This document shows positions 8,767-18,452 of a DNA stretch of 64,000 bases, piece after piece; position 1 is the first letter of the stretch, and the number at the start of each line of letters is the position of its first letter. Made by a program: the position numbers and the translations under genes. Source of the stretch: a virus (Duplodnaviria > Heunggongvirae > Uroviricota > Caudoviricetes); the IMG/VR virus record IMGVR_UViG_3300018839_000001, one strand, 5' to 3'. The notes under the pieces were generated by a model. That model had not been told where the DNA came from. It did no database searches and saw nothing but the letters and a program-made list of their open reading frames with translations.

Positions 8767-10362
8767 TTAGCTGGCGAGGTATGTTTCTGATTGCTCTTTA
8801 CGTCCTTTAATGAGACTGCCAATCACACCGACAATTGAAATATTATATTGCTCACTTTCCCACTCAATTATAATTTCATCGATGAGCGAGGATATGATTT
8901 TTTGCTTTGTTTCAAAAGAAATCTTATCTTGATTCTTAATTTCATTTTTAATCTGTCCAATAAATTTTATTAAATCCTTTTTATTCTGATTGTCGATTTC
9001 TTTATCTTGAATCTGATCCTCATATTTTGATATTTCAATTTTGATTAACTTTTCTTTTTCATTTAGTTTTTGTATATCTAAATCCATTTCGTTCTCTTCA
9101 ATATAACCTTTTTTAAATAATTGAAGTATTCTCTTTCGTTCTTTGGATATCTCCTCTAATTTAAACTTCAATAAATCGTATGCTTGTCTAACTGAATCAT
9201 TTGCTCTTTCTTCTTTTCCAGCGTGAACAATTTTCGAAGGATCAAAAATAAAATCATAAATCATTTCCCAAATTTGTTTTTCAATTTCGTTAGCTTTTAA
9301 AATTTTTGAACAACAACTTTTTGCACCTTCTCCGAAAACTCGACCATTCTTATTCACGCATCTATAATTTTTGTATGAATGTGTTGATGTAACCTCTCCT
9401 GTTACTTTTGATCTCGTTTTAGAAGTAGTTGTGTAGGACGAATATTTTGCACCGCAGTGAGCACATCTGATCATTTTTCTCAAAAGATACTGATGTTTCA
9501 CATTTCCTGAATGACTTGTATTTTTGACTCGTTGATTTTCTGCTAATGTAAATGTCGCGAAATCGACTATAGGAGGAACAGATACTTCGATCCATTCTTC
9601 TTTATCTCTATTTTCATAAGCTCTTTTTGGTTTACCTGATTTAGTTTTTTCGCCTTTAATCTTTTTCATTTTTTTCTTGTTATAATAAAATTTCCCAATG
9701 TATGTTTCATTTTTAAGAATTTTATTGATGGTGCTCTGATTCCACAAATGACTCTTTTTCATTTTTGTTTTGGCGCCCAATATGGAAAGTCGTTCACCAA
9801 TTTCTCTGATCTTCAACTTATCATAAACATACCATTGGTAAATTTTCCTAACAAATTTTGCTTCTTCTTTGTTGATAACTAATTGCCTATCTACATAGTC
9901 GTATCCATAAGGTGGTACACGCATAGGCATAACAAATCCATTTTTTACTGCCTTAATTGATCCTCTTCTTGTTCTTTTTTTGATTAATGCCAATTCATAC
10001 TCAGCGATTGACGACTGAATATTAAAAAAGAGCTTCCCTTCTTCTGTATTCTTATACTCAGTATCAACAAAAACAAGCTCTACGTTACTTTTTTCAAATT
10101 CAGTACAAACAAGAAGTCGGTCAATCATGTTCCGGCTTAGACGGTCAGGATGAACGATGATAATTCTTTCTATCTTGCCCAATTTCACATCTTCTCTTAA
10201 TTCATCCATCCGAGGTCTTTCAATATCTTCTCCAGAAAAACCTCTTTCTTCATATTCAAGAATAAGATCATCAGGAACATTTAACTCTTTCGCCTTCTTC
10301 AAACAAGCCTCTCTTTGATATTCAAGACTTGTTCCATGATCTACTTGCTTATCTGTGGACAC
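8767..10362 (-). CDS. large serine recombinase (integrase)
   Basis: Resolvase-type RVSTDKQ catalytic motif, IIVHPDRLSRN, recombinase domain, C4 zinc ribbon, coiled coil. The conserved N-terminal strand YTAIYTRVSTDKQ extends upstream of the track start (GTG at 10362) and has no canonical start codon. Confidence 0.9.
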   Translation of the reverse strand: MSTDKQVDHGTSLEYQREACLKKAKELNVPDDLILEYEERGFSGEDIERPRMDELREDVKLGKIERIIIVHPDRLSRNMIDRLLVCTEFEKSNVELVFVDTEYKNTEEGKLFFNIQSSIAEYELALIKKRTRRGSIKAVKNGFVMPMRVPPYGYDYVDRQLVINKEEAKFVRKIYQWYVYDKLKIREIGERLSILGAKTKMKKSHLWNQSTINKILKNETYIGKFYYNKKKMKKIKGEKTKSGKPKRAYENRDKEEWIEVSVPPIVDFATFTLAENQRVKNTSHSGNVKHQYLLRKMIRCAHCGAKYSSYTTTSKTRSKVTGEVTSTHSYKNYRCVNKNGRVFGEGAKSCCSKILKANEIEKQIWEMIYDFIFDPSKIVHAGKEERANDSVRQAYDLLKFKLEEISKERKRILQLFKKGYIEENEMDLDIQKLNEKEKLIKIEISKYEDQIQDKEIDNQNKKDLIKFIGQIKNEIKNQDKISFETKQKIISSLIDEIIIEWESEQYNISIVGVIGSLIKGRKEQSETYLAS

Positions 10363-10506
10363 ACGTGTATAAATTGCTGTATATCTAATGACAATTCATC
10401 TCCCGAAGTGTACACAACTCTCATATTAATTATATACACTATTATAGTATTTGAAAAGAAAGAGATGAAAATCTTGCATTCACCTCTTTCTTATTATGTA
10501 TTAGCA

Positions 10507-10692
10507 TCATTCTTCTACTCTATTAATTACTCCATTCAAAACTCCATTTAACCTTAAATCATTCCAGATTAGTTGATAACAATATGTTAAAGTCTTTTCA
10601 ACATCGTCTTCATCAAAATCCTTTTGAATGAAACTAACTTTATTTAATTGACTCAATTTATTTTCACCTTTTCTTACACTACAAAGTGACAC
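10507..10692 (-). CDS. hypothetical small protein
   Basis: Track ORF, 61 aa. Confidence 0.35.
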   Translation of the reverse strand: MSLCSVRKGENKLSQLNKVSFIQKDFDEDDVEKTLTYCYQLIWNDLRLNGVLNGVINRVEE

Positions 10693-11224
10693 TTAAAGAT
10701 TTAGGATCAAGACGTATTACACTTCTTTGTCTCTTATTAGCATATTTAACTGTATTCCAAGTTCCTCCGGCTTCAACTCCGTCCCAAATTGCAATTAGAA
10801 ATTTCGAGTTGTCTACCATCCATTCATTTCTTCTTTGCATACACCAAGGTGTGTAATTTTCTTTTGATATATAGCAGATATGATCTGCATCTTTTAAAAT
10901 ATTATGATATGTATCTTTGTCTTCTCTCTTCCACTTTTCGCTTTGATTCATACAGGGGACTGCACAAATCAATTTAATATGTGGGTATTTCTTTCTTAAA
11001 GAAAGGACTACTTGTGCTGACCACATGTCTGATCCAAGTGCCATACCTGAGACAAATGTATCTATTCCTCTTCTATTAATAAGTCGCTCAACAAGGGTTT
11101 TTAATTTCAGAAACAGTCGCATATTCCCCTCTTCCAGAGGGTCATAGCCAAACAATTTATCTGGTCTATGACCTGTAAAAGCAAGGGTTTTATCAAAATT
11201 TATTTCAAATTGAAAGCAACTCAT
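10679..11224 (-). CDS. DUF1273 / YpsA-YoqJ-like SLOG-family protein
   Basis: AFTGHRPDKL…GMALGSDMWSAQ…ICAVPC resembles YpsA/YoqJ (SLOG nucleotide-binding fold). Confidence 0.55.
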   Translation of the reverse strand: MSCFQFEINFDKTLAFTGHRPDKLFGYDPLEEGNMRLFLKLKTLVERLINRRGIDTFVSGMALGSDMWSAQVVLSLRKKYPHIKLICAVPCMNQSEKWKREDKDTYHNILKDADHICYISKENYTPWCMQRRNEWMVDNSKFLIAIWDGVEAGGTWNTVKYANKRQRSVIRLDPKSLSVTL

Positions 11225-11790
11225 TTCTTTTTAGATTTAATTTGCTTTTTGCTTTGTTTTTCTTTGTTTTCCGTTTTAACTTTCTCTTCTTTTTTATTAA
11301 TGATTTTCATTTGAAATGGTTTTTTGACCGTTTTAATTTCAAAATCACCTTTAACATTTAGAGCAATTTCTGTGATCTGATCAACTCCTTTATATTCGCC
11401 TTCATACAATAAAGGAGCAACATTCAACCCTAAATCTTGTCCAATTCGTTTTACTGCTGTATGAAGCAGGTATCGATCTGCTTCATTGTCAAGAATGTCT
11501 TCAAGCAGAAATTCACCTTTTTTTAACCACTTTCCTAAAAATGTATATCCATCACCAACATGAATTTTTAAATGGTCAACAAATTTATGAAATTCAAGAA
11601 CAGATTCTTTATCGCGAGATGCAGAAAATCCCACGAGGTTGTTGACGACTCGTTTAAACGAAACGTTAATTCCATTAACAAATTCTCTAACAATAATTTC
11701 GTCACCTTTTACAAGGTTATCTCCTTTAGCAATAGATTTTTCAGCATCATTTTCATTTAGATTGATTACAACTTTGATTTGTTCGCTCAT
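11221..11790 (-). CDS. hypothetical protein (Lys-rich C-terminus)
   Basis: Track ORF, 189 aa. Confidence 0.45.
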   Translation of the reverse strand: MSEQIKVVINLNENDAEKSIAKGDNLVKGDEIIVREFVNGINVSFKRVVNNLVGFSASRDKESVLEFHKFVDHLKIHVGDGYTFLGKWLKKGEFLLEDILDNEADRYLLHTAVKRIGQDLGLNVAPLLYEGEYKGVDQITEIALNVKGDFEIKTVKKPFQMKIINKKEEKVKTENKEKQSKKQIKSKKK

Positions 11791-11794
11791 TTTA

Positions 11795-12214
11795 TTACTC
11801 TCCTTCTGTTGTTACTTTTAATTTTCCATTCTCTAAAGAAAAGAAATTGATTTGTTTTTTCTCGGTGTTAAAATTGACTCTGGTAATTATTGATTTTTTA
11901 ACGAAATCTACACCATTTTTAGTAGACATTATTGATTTATCTACGAAGATGTGTGTGAATTTTTCATCTGCTTCTATTTGTGCAATTGGTGCAAAATAAA
12001 TCACACTTCCATCTGTAAAAAACTCTTTTCGCAATTGAGGTGAAGGCATTTGATAACCTGTTGTCTTTTTCCCTTCGGAAACCAAGTCTTTAACAACTTT
12101 CTGAAACATTGCCTCCCTTGCTCCTATAGAAGAGATATCTTGGCTATTAAAATATGTAATTAAAATTTTCTTTGGTTTATTCTCCATAATTAATATCATC
12201 AACTCCTTTGTCAT
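11795..12214 (-). CDS. hypothetical protein
   Basis: Track ORF, 139 aa. Confidence 0.45.
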   Translation of the reverse strand: MTKELMILIMENKPKKILITYFNSQDISSIGAREAMFQKVVKDLVSEGKKTTGYQMPSPQLRKEFFTDGSVIYFAPIAQIEADEKFTHIFVDKSIMSTKNGVDFVKKSIITRVNFNTEKKQINFFSLENGKLKVTTEGE

Positions 12215-13481
12215 ATCTAATACATTTAAAGCTAGGAAACCTCAAAGATGGTTGTCCTGTTTTTTCATCTTTAGACTCTTCGAAATATTGAACCTCGATA
12301 ATCTTTCCACAAATGAGGTCAGGATTATCACCAAATTCCCTTCTTTGATCAGGGGTGAATCCCGATCCAACACCAACGATATTGCCTTTGTATTCAACGT
12401 TTACTCTGGATAGCAATCCTTTGAACTGACCATCAATAGCTTTTTCAATTGATGTGACAATAAGGTCTGCTGTTTTGAATTTTTTCACTTTCAGTAAGCT
12501 ATCGGTTCGTTTTGTGGCATATAGTCCATCTGCCTTGTTAATCATAAGACCTTCATGATCTGCTTCTTCTGCCCATTTCATCAAGACAGAAATCATTTCT
12601 TTGTCTTCTCCTGCATAAAGAACTGGCAGGATTCTTATGTGATTTGAACTACTTCCAGCAAGGATTCCATCAAATAAATCAAGTTGATTTCTACGTTTTT
12701 CATATGTATTTTTTGATTTTCCATCTTTAAATTCTGCAAGAGGTAAAGCATCAAACATGTAAAACTCTAAATCTTTCTTCTCTCCATCTTTACGAACGAC
12801 TTTTTGTGTTGCTCTAAAAAGATCATCGGAAGAAAGGTTCTTTTCATTAGCAAGTAGAAGTTCTCCATCGAAAACCCATCCATCAGGTAAGCACCTGAAC
12901 TGTTCTTCTAACTCGGCCATTCCATTGATTTCTTTTCCTTGACGTGTAAAAAAGTTAACTCTACCCTCATCTTTGATTGCAACACATCGATTACCGTCAA
13001 GTTTTAATGTTACATAGAATTTGCCCTTTACTTTTGGTTCTTTCTTAGCATAGGATTCTGCTAACATTACTGAAAAACTTGGGATGAAACCTTTGCCGTA
13101 AACCTTGTTGATAGTTTTCTCGGTAATACCAACTTTTAAATCTTTTGTTGCAATTTGTTTTGCTAACTCTTTTTCATCATCAGTTTCAAGTCTATCCACA
13201 AAATATTGCACGCTTAAAATATCTGTATCTCTTCCACTATTGAGGCGTTTCAAATAATCCATCAAACCTTGAATGTCTCGAATAATCGTTACATATTCAT
13301 CAAGCTTTATGTTTTTATTTATTTTCTTAGTCGAGATTCCAGTCACTATGTATGGGTTGAACACAAACTTTAAAACTTCTTTAAACAATTCATTATCTTC
13401 ATACTTTTTCAGAATCGCCTCTTTACCGTTTCGAGATGATTCATTTTTTAATTCGTGAAAAATCTTTACTAACTCTTTCAT
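12177..13481 (-). CDS. ATP-dependent DNA ligase
   Basis: Adenylation motif I KLDGNR. Nucleotidyltransferase + OB organisation. RBS AAAGAGGTG. Confidence 0.8.
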   Translation of the reverse strand: MKELVKIFHELKNESSRNGKEAILKKYEDNELFKEVLKFVFNPYIVTGISTKKINKNIKLDEYVTIIRDIQGLMDYLKRLNSGRDTDILSVQYFVDRLETDDEKELAKQIATKDLKVGITEKTINKVYGKGFIPSFSVMLAESYAKKEPKVKGKFYVTLKLDGNRCVAIKDEGRVNFFTRQGKEINGMAELEEQFRCLPDGWVFDGELLLANEKNLSSDDLFRATQKVVRKDGEKKDLEFYMFDALPLAEFKDGKSKNTYEKRRNQLDLFDGILAGSSSNHIRILPVLYAGEDKEMISVLMKWAEEADHEGLMINKADGLYATKRTDSLLKVKKFKTADLIVTSIEKAIDGQFKGLLSRVNVEYKGNIVGVGSGFTPDQRREFGDNPDLICGKIIEVQYFEESKDEKTGQPSLRFPSFKCIRYDKGVDDINYGE

Positions 13482-13496
13482 TGATACACCTCTTTA

Positions 13497-13518
13497 TCCA
13501 TTATTAATTAGTTTTATA
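13497..13518 (-). promoter_or_regulatory. SPBRE-like element 28 bp upstream of the ligase start
   Basis: CCATTATTAATTAGTTTTATAT. Confidence 0.6.
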
Positions 13519-13522
13519 TTAG

Positions 13523-14092
13523 TTAAATAATTTCGTCTACAATTCCATATTCCAACGCTTCATCTGCAAATAGGTAAAGCTCTTCTTTGTGCCGCTTTGT
13601 TTTATCCATTAGCTCTTTAGGAAGCTTAGTTCGGCTAATGATATATTGATCATATCTGTCGCGAAGCTTTTCAACATGATCAATTTCACGTTTTAATCCT
13701 TCGACAGTGTCTTTTTGTCCAGTGGAAGCATCATGATACATAAAAGTAGCCAGTTTAGATGCGAAACGCTTATGCCCTGATACGTAAATATACAACCCAG
13801 CACTCATAGCTTTCCCACTACAGTATGTATGAATAGGAGTTTTACTGCTCTCGATAACACCAATTAGCATGTTGGCATCGTACAGCACACCACCATATGT
13901 ATTAACATAAATTTTGATTGGTTTTGGTGTATATGATCTATCTTTTTCTAATTTATCCTCATCATACCTATTGATTTCAATAATTTTGTCTACTAATTTA
14001 TGAATGCTTTCTTCATTGACTGTTCCTCCAAGAATTAGGTCTCGTTTTTTGCCGCTACTATTTTGAGTATTATTTTTTTCTTTTTCTGACAT
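13523..14092 (-). CDS. ClpP-family serine protease
   Basis: YVNTYGG…GKAMSAGLYIYVSGHKRFA…MYHDASTG gives a ClpP-like Ser/His arrangement. Confidence 0.65.
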   Translation of the reverse strand: MSEKEKNNTQNSSGKKRDLILGGTVNEESIHKLVDKIIEINRYDEDKLEKDRSYTPKPIKIYVNTYGGVLYDANMLIGVIESSKTPIHTYCSGKAMSAGLYIYVSGHKRFASKLATFMYHDASTGQKDTVEGLKREIDHVEKLRDRYDQYIISRTKLPKELMDKTKRHKEELYLFADEALEYGIVDEII

Positions 14093-14281
14093 ATTAGATT
14101 TCCCCTCTCAATGTTCTTCTTAATTCAGCCAATCGTGAGCAAATGGTTGGTTAAGAAATTCCCCTATAATTGGATGCAGATCATCTGTAACATCTCTTCT
14201 CTCCAGAACCCCATCCCAAATGTTGATTTCTATGATAAGGAAAATTCGTCCATCTTTCAATTCAAATCTATGATTCAATAG

Positions 14282-14533
14282 TTAAATCTCTCCATTAATT
14301 ACAATCTCTTTTATGTCTTTTGTTTTAAGAATGAAACTTTTATCGTTATTATCTACAACCCATAGTGTGTTGTAATATTCTAATGAATTAGCTAAAAAGT
14401 TTGCAAGCTTGCTCTCACTTTCTCTGCATTCTAAAGCATCAATAGAAGAACCGTCATTTTTATAAACTGTGTAAGAAAAAACTTTCAAATCAGGTTTCTT
14501 TTCTTCTTTTTTCTTAAAAAACTTTAAAAACAT
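14282..14533 (-). CDS. hypothetical protein
   Basis: Track ORF, 83 aa. Confidence 0.4.
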   Translation of the reverse strand: MFLKFFKKKEEKKPDLKVFSYTVYKNDGSSIDALECRESESKLANFLANSLEYYNTLWVVDNNDKSFILKTKDIKEIVINGEI

Positions 14534-14547
14534 AACTCCACCCCTCC

Positions 14548-15576
14548 TTAATGTGCTAATGTATCTGCTTCCCTTAGAAATTCCAGCTTTTTAAATAAAT
14601 CTTCTCCCACATATTTTTCAAGCTTTTCTTTATTAGCATTTTGATTTAAGAGATACATATGAAATTGAATCAATGTTACAACAGTATGTATAAAACCATC
14701 GTCAAACCCCATTTGTTTAAGAAGGTGCACAGCCAATTGTGAGCCAACGTATTCATGTCCAATAAAATTGGCATATCTCACCTCTTCTCCTTTTCTGTTA
14801 ACAAAGCTCTTACAGAATGGTTTCCCAATGTCATGGAGGAGAGCAGTCCAAAGCATCATTTCTTTCTCAGTTTCATCTTCTGTCTTATAGTTGTCTAAAA
14901 CATGCTTGTAAACGTAATATGTATGTCTACTTGTCGAAAAGCTATGATATTTCGAATCCTGAGGAAAGTCGTGAATAGCAAAGAACTCTCTAAAGTATGA
15001 GGCAAGAAAACCCATAAGATCATAACCTTCTCTGTTTAACAAGACTCCTGCTCTCACCGCGTCAGCAAATTGTTTAGGGAGTACATCTTCAATTAGTCCT
15101 TCTGGGTAGTTAAAGACAATATTGTCCCAGCCTTCTGAATAAATAGGGATTTGTAGACTCTTATACATATTGTCTATTGCGATTTTTGGCACAGTTCTCT
15201 CACGATGAGTGTTCATATCTATGCATGATCCATAGCCTGTCGCCATGTATACTGCCGTTTTAACCACTTCCTTTGGAAGTTGTTGAAGCAATCCTTTACG
15301 CTTTTTTCGGCTAATATTAGTAGCATCATAAATGACGTGTTTACCTTTTCTTAATGCATTTAACGTTCTTGTTCTCATTAGTTCAAAAACTTTTGAAGGG
15401 TCAGTCTGAACACTCTCATCCCCATATAATTCTTCTCGAATCTTATCTGATGAAAGATATTTAATGTCATCTCTTTTAACACCGTCTTCTCCTTCAATTA
15501 GTTCTTTTGCAAATGTAGACTTTCCACTTGCAGGCAAACCAATCAGCATTAGAAATCTCAATTGTCCCACTAGCAC
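14548..15576 (-). CDS. polynucleotide kinase (P-loop) fused to an HD-domain phosphoesterase: RNA end-healing enzyme
   Basis: N-terminal Walker A GLPASGKST. C-terminal HD motif LLHDIGKPF, of the kind found in CCA-enzyme-type cyclic phosphodiesterase/phosphatase domains. Confidence 0.7.
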   Translation of the reverse strand: MLVGQLRFLMLIGLPASGKSTFAKELIEGEDGVKRDDIKYLSSDKIREELYGDESVQTDPSKVFELMRTRTLNALRKGKHVIYDATNISRKKRKGLLQQLPKEVVKTAVYMATGYGSCIDMNTHRERTVPKIAIDNMYKSLQIPIYSEGWDNIVFNYPEGLIEDVLPKQFADAVRAGVLLNREGYDLMGFLASYFREFFAIHDFPQDSKYHSFSTSRHTYYVYKHVLDNYKTEDETEKEMMLWTALLHDIGKPFCKSFVNRKGEEVRYANFIGHEYVGSQLAVHLLKQMGFDDGFIHTVVTLIQFHMYLLNQNANKEKLEKYVGEDLFKKLEFLREADTLAH

Positions 15577-16745
15577 ATCTCCTCTTTTTCGTATTCGCCA
15601 TAGTTTTTATAAATATCTTCTTTAAGCATTTGTTCTGGGAATGTTCCTGTGCCATACATTGCGAACATATATTTTTGCAACTCTGGTGGAATATTTTCTG
15701 TTACAAATAGAGCAAACTCTTTTTTCTTGTCGGGTTTTGCAATTTGATTAAAGGTCATTCGAATTAGTTTTGATTGAGCTTCGAAAATTCTATCGATCTT
15801 ATTTTTAAAGCCCTCAATCTCTGGTCTGAACTCTTCTGGTAATGACACTATGTATTCATCAATTCTATTTTCTGCCCAAGCTTTATATTTAGCCTTAGTA
15901 GACAGACCATGCATTAATCTATGTACCTGTAAGTATTCACTGCCTTTAATTTTCAAACGTTTACCATTTGAAAACCTAATCACCCAACCTTCTTCATTAG
16001 CTGATAGCATATCTTTCATTTGAATCAATTCTTCAAATTTGTACTTATACTGCTTAGCAAGAGGCATATTTAATCTGCAAGCTTCCCAATCGACATCCCC
16101 ACAATTAGCATCATGAATAGAGTCGAAAAGATATATAACACCAAGCAACACTAAGTGTTCACTATCTTTATAATCAACAACCACTCTATTTTCTGGGTAG
16201 ATAATTTCTACAAGGTAGGTTACTGGTGTATAGCAGTAACTATAAATATTCTCATTTTGAGAATATTTATTTTTCCACATTTCAGTAGCTTTGATTGCCT
16301 GATCTGATGTGAAACTCCCTTTTGTAGCAAATCGAATTTCATTGTTAAAGAAATAGGAAATCCCTAATGAGCCATCGATTTTTTCCATGACAGATTCAAT
16401 TTTTGAAAAGTCAATGTCCTTTTCATACTCTGGATTCTCACCATAATTAAAAAACTTATCAAACGGTTTTGCTAATATGTATATAAATCCATTATTATTT
16501 AGCTCTGTTGTGTCAATAATTAAACCTCTGGCGGTCATAGTCTCATGATTCCATCGTTTCTCATATACAGCAAGTTTTGTATAACACAATATTTTTATGT
16601 TCTCATCTTCTGGATGACTTTTGATGTTGATATACCCATTCTCTGATTCTTCTATGTATTTTTTATATTCTTCCTTTTTCATTGTTGGCAACTTTGAATA
16701 TAAGATTTTTTTTAATGACTCCAATCTTATCAGCTCACTTATCAA
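15570..16745 (-). CDS. RNA ligase (Rnl family, KxDG nucleotidyltransferase)
   Basis: Motif I MEKIDGSLG. Translationally coupled to the PNK-HD gene. Confidence 0.7.
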   Translation of the reverse strand: MISELIRLESLKKILYSKLPTMKKEEYKKYIEESENGYINIKSHPEDENIKILCYTKLAVYEKRWNHETMTARGLIIDTTELNNNGFIYILAKPFDKFFNYGENPEYEKDIDFSKIESVMEKIDGSLGISYFFNNEIRFATKGSFTSDQAIKATEMWKNKYSQNENIYSYCYTPVTYLVEIIYPENRVVVDYKDSEHLVLLGVIYLFDSIHDANCGDVDWEACRLNMPLAKQYKYKFEELIQMKDMLSANEEGWVIRFSNGKRLKIKGSEYLQVHRLMHGLSTKAKYKAWAENRIDEYIVSLPEEFRPEIEGFKNKIDRIFEAQSKLIRMTFNQIAKPDKKKEFALFVTENIPPELQKYMFAMYGTGTFPEQMLKEDIYKNYGEYEKEEMC

Positions 16746-17581
16746 GTAATAAATTCATTTAAATCAAGAGTCTTATCATTCAGACTATCTATTTTTTTCT
16801 TAATCTCTCTAATATCTATTTGCTTTCCGTTATTTCTGTAGTAGGAGATTAATAATGCAATTGCTCCCGCAACTAATGGCGACGCCATTGAAGTACCAGT
16901 CATTTTTGCATATTTCCCATCTTTATAAGAACTTAGAATTTCAGTCGAGGGTGCAAGAACATCGAATCCACTATTGGTAAATGGAGAAATTTTTTTATCT
17001 TTATCAACACCACCAACAGCTATCACTTCGTCTAGACGTGCAGGATACAATGATTCGCTGTTTCCATCATTGCCAGTTGCACAAACCATGACAATCCCTT
17101 CATTATAAGCTCTTTCGATTCTCTCTTTAAAAATGTTGGGAAGTTCTCTATCCACCCCTAAAGACATACATAAGACATCAAAGCCATAGTTAATTGCATA
17201 AGTAATCCCATCCATTACGCTTGCCATATTTCCTTTGCCGTTATCGTCTAAAACTTTGATAACATGCAATTCAGCTTTCGGTGCGACTCCAGTATTTTTT
17301 CCTACTAAAAGTCCAGCAACATGACTTCCATGCCCTTTTTCATCTTCAACATTATGGCTTCTTTCAAAAAAGTTATAGCCAGATTTAAATGCATGGGATA
17401 GCTCAGGATGATCTGTGTCTACTCCTGTATCCATAAGAAGTATACGAACGCCTTCTCCTTTTGTTTTACTCCACACGTTAGGAGCATTGATCGCTTTTAG
17501 CCCCCAATCGATTTCGCTATCATCTCTTCTTAAAGAGTCAAATACTTCAATTTTGTCCAGATCGATTTCTCTTCCTTTCAA
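16742..17581 (-). CDS. subtilisin-like serine protease (S8), no signal peptide
   Basis: Catalytic triad motifs DTGVD, HGSHVAG, GTSMASP. No N-terminal hydrophobic leader. Confidence 0.85.
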   Translation of the reverse strand: MKGREIDLDKIEVFDSLRRDDSEIDWGLKAINAPNVWSKTKGEGVRILLMDTGVDTDHPELSHAFKSGYNFFERSHNVEDEKGHGSHVAGLLVGKNTGVAPKAELHVIKVLDDNGKGNMASVMDGITYAINYGFDVLCMSLGVDRELPNIFKERIERAYNEGIVMVCATGNDGNSESLYPARLDEVIAVGGVDKDKKISPFTNSGFDVLAPSTEILSSYKDGKYAKMTGTSMASPLVAGAIALLISYYRNNGKQIDIREIKKKIDSLNDKTLDLNEFIT

Positions 17582-17840
17582 GTCTTCTTTTCTCCTTTTG
17601 GGTTTTTCTTATCTCCTTTTTATTTCTATATTCCTCATCATATTTTTGTTTCTCGCAAATCCTGTCATAGTCATGTCTCAAAACTTCTTTTTCCTTTTTA
17701 CATTTAGGACAATAGATGATATAAATTTCTTTCAGTTCATAACCGACAGTCTTATCGATATCTCTTTTATATGTAGCCACAAGTTTGAAATCATGATTAC
17801 AAAACAATCTTTTAATTAAATTAATCACTTTACTTATCAC
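17547..17840 (-). CDS. small zinc-finger protein with a very basic C-terminal tail
   Basis: CNHD…CPKCKK. C-terminal KKEIRKTQKEKRRLERKRNR. Confidence 0.45.
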   Translation of the reverse strand: MISKVINLIKRLFCNHDFKLVATYKRDIDKTVGYELKEIYIIYCPKCKKEKEVLRHDYDRICEKQKYDEEYRNKKEIRKTQKEKRRLERKRNRSGQN

Positions 17841-18429
17841 TTCCTAGTGGTGCAACCTCTCTAAATTCAGTTTTTAAATTATTATAGATAGGCTTAAACA
17901 CTGCTTTAATTTCATCCCAAGAGTCCATCTTTAAAATTTCGTCCAAAAGATAATTGGCACATGAATAATCAACGATTTTGCTATGTTTTGCAATTTGAAT
18001 ACCAAACATCAAAATTCTTAATGAATGAAACATGCTCTTCTTCCCAATATAATCCTCTCCAATAGCCAGTTTCTTTTTGCATTTTACAAAGCTATTAGAT
18101 GATACAGCAGAGATTTCACACCTAAGCTTTTCTTTGTCAAGCATAAAATATTTAAGGTATGGATCATTTGGGGCTTGAAAGATGCACTCCATGACACTAA
18201 TATGATGATCTTTAATCCTCTCGATAAATTTACCTTCACTATAAACTGTATAATCTGCTCCTTCTTCTCGCAAATTGTAATACAGATTCCTGTCGTCAGA
18301 ATCTACTACGACAATATAGTCTGAGTCTGAGTTTTTGGTTTGAGAATTATAAACACTAGAACCATATGAATATACTTTTATGATTGGCTCATCAATTGTA
18401 TCTCGCGTTTCATATTGTTCATCTTCCAT
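17830..18429 (-). CDS. minimal nucleotidyltransferase (Pol-beta superfamily) with helical C-domain
   Basis: YGSSVYNSQTKNSDSDYIVVV matches hG[GS]x9-13Dh[DE]h. Confidence 0.55.
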   Translation of the reverse strand: MEDEQYETRDTIDEPIIKVYSYGSSVYNSQTKNSDSDYIVVVDSDDRNLYYNLREEGADYTVYSEGKFIERIKDHHISVMECIFQAPNDPYLKYFMLDKEKLRCEISAVSSNSFVKCKKKLAIGEDYIGKKSMFHSLRILMFGIQIAKHSKIVDYSCANYLLDEILKMDSWDEIKAVFKPIYNNLKTEFREVAPLGSDK

Positions 18430-18452
18430 AACGTTTCACCTCTACAAAATCC

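Noticed and set aside
10340-10395. TTATCTGT … GCTGTAT resembling my recollection of the SPbeta att core (ACAGATAA|AGCTGTAT)
   Set aside because: The two halves are 21 bp apart. ACAGATAAG is simply the codons for T-D-K in the recombinase catalytic motif. My memory of the core sequence is also unverified.
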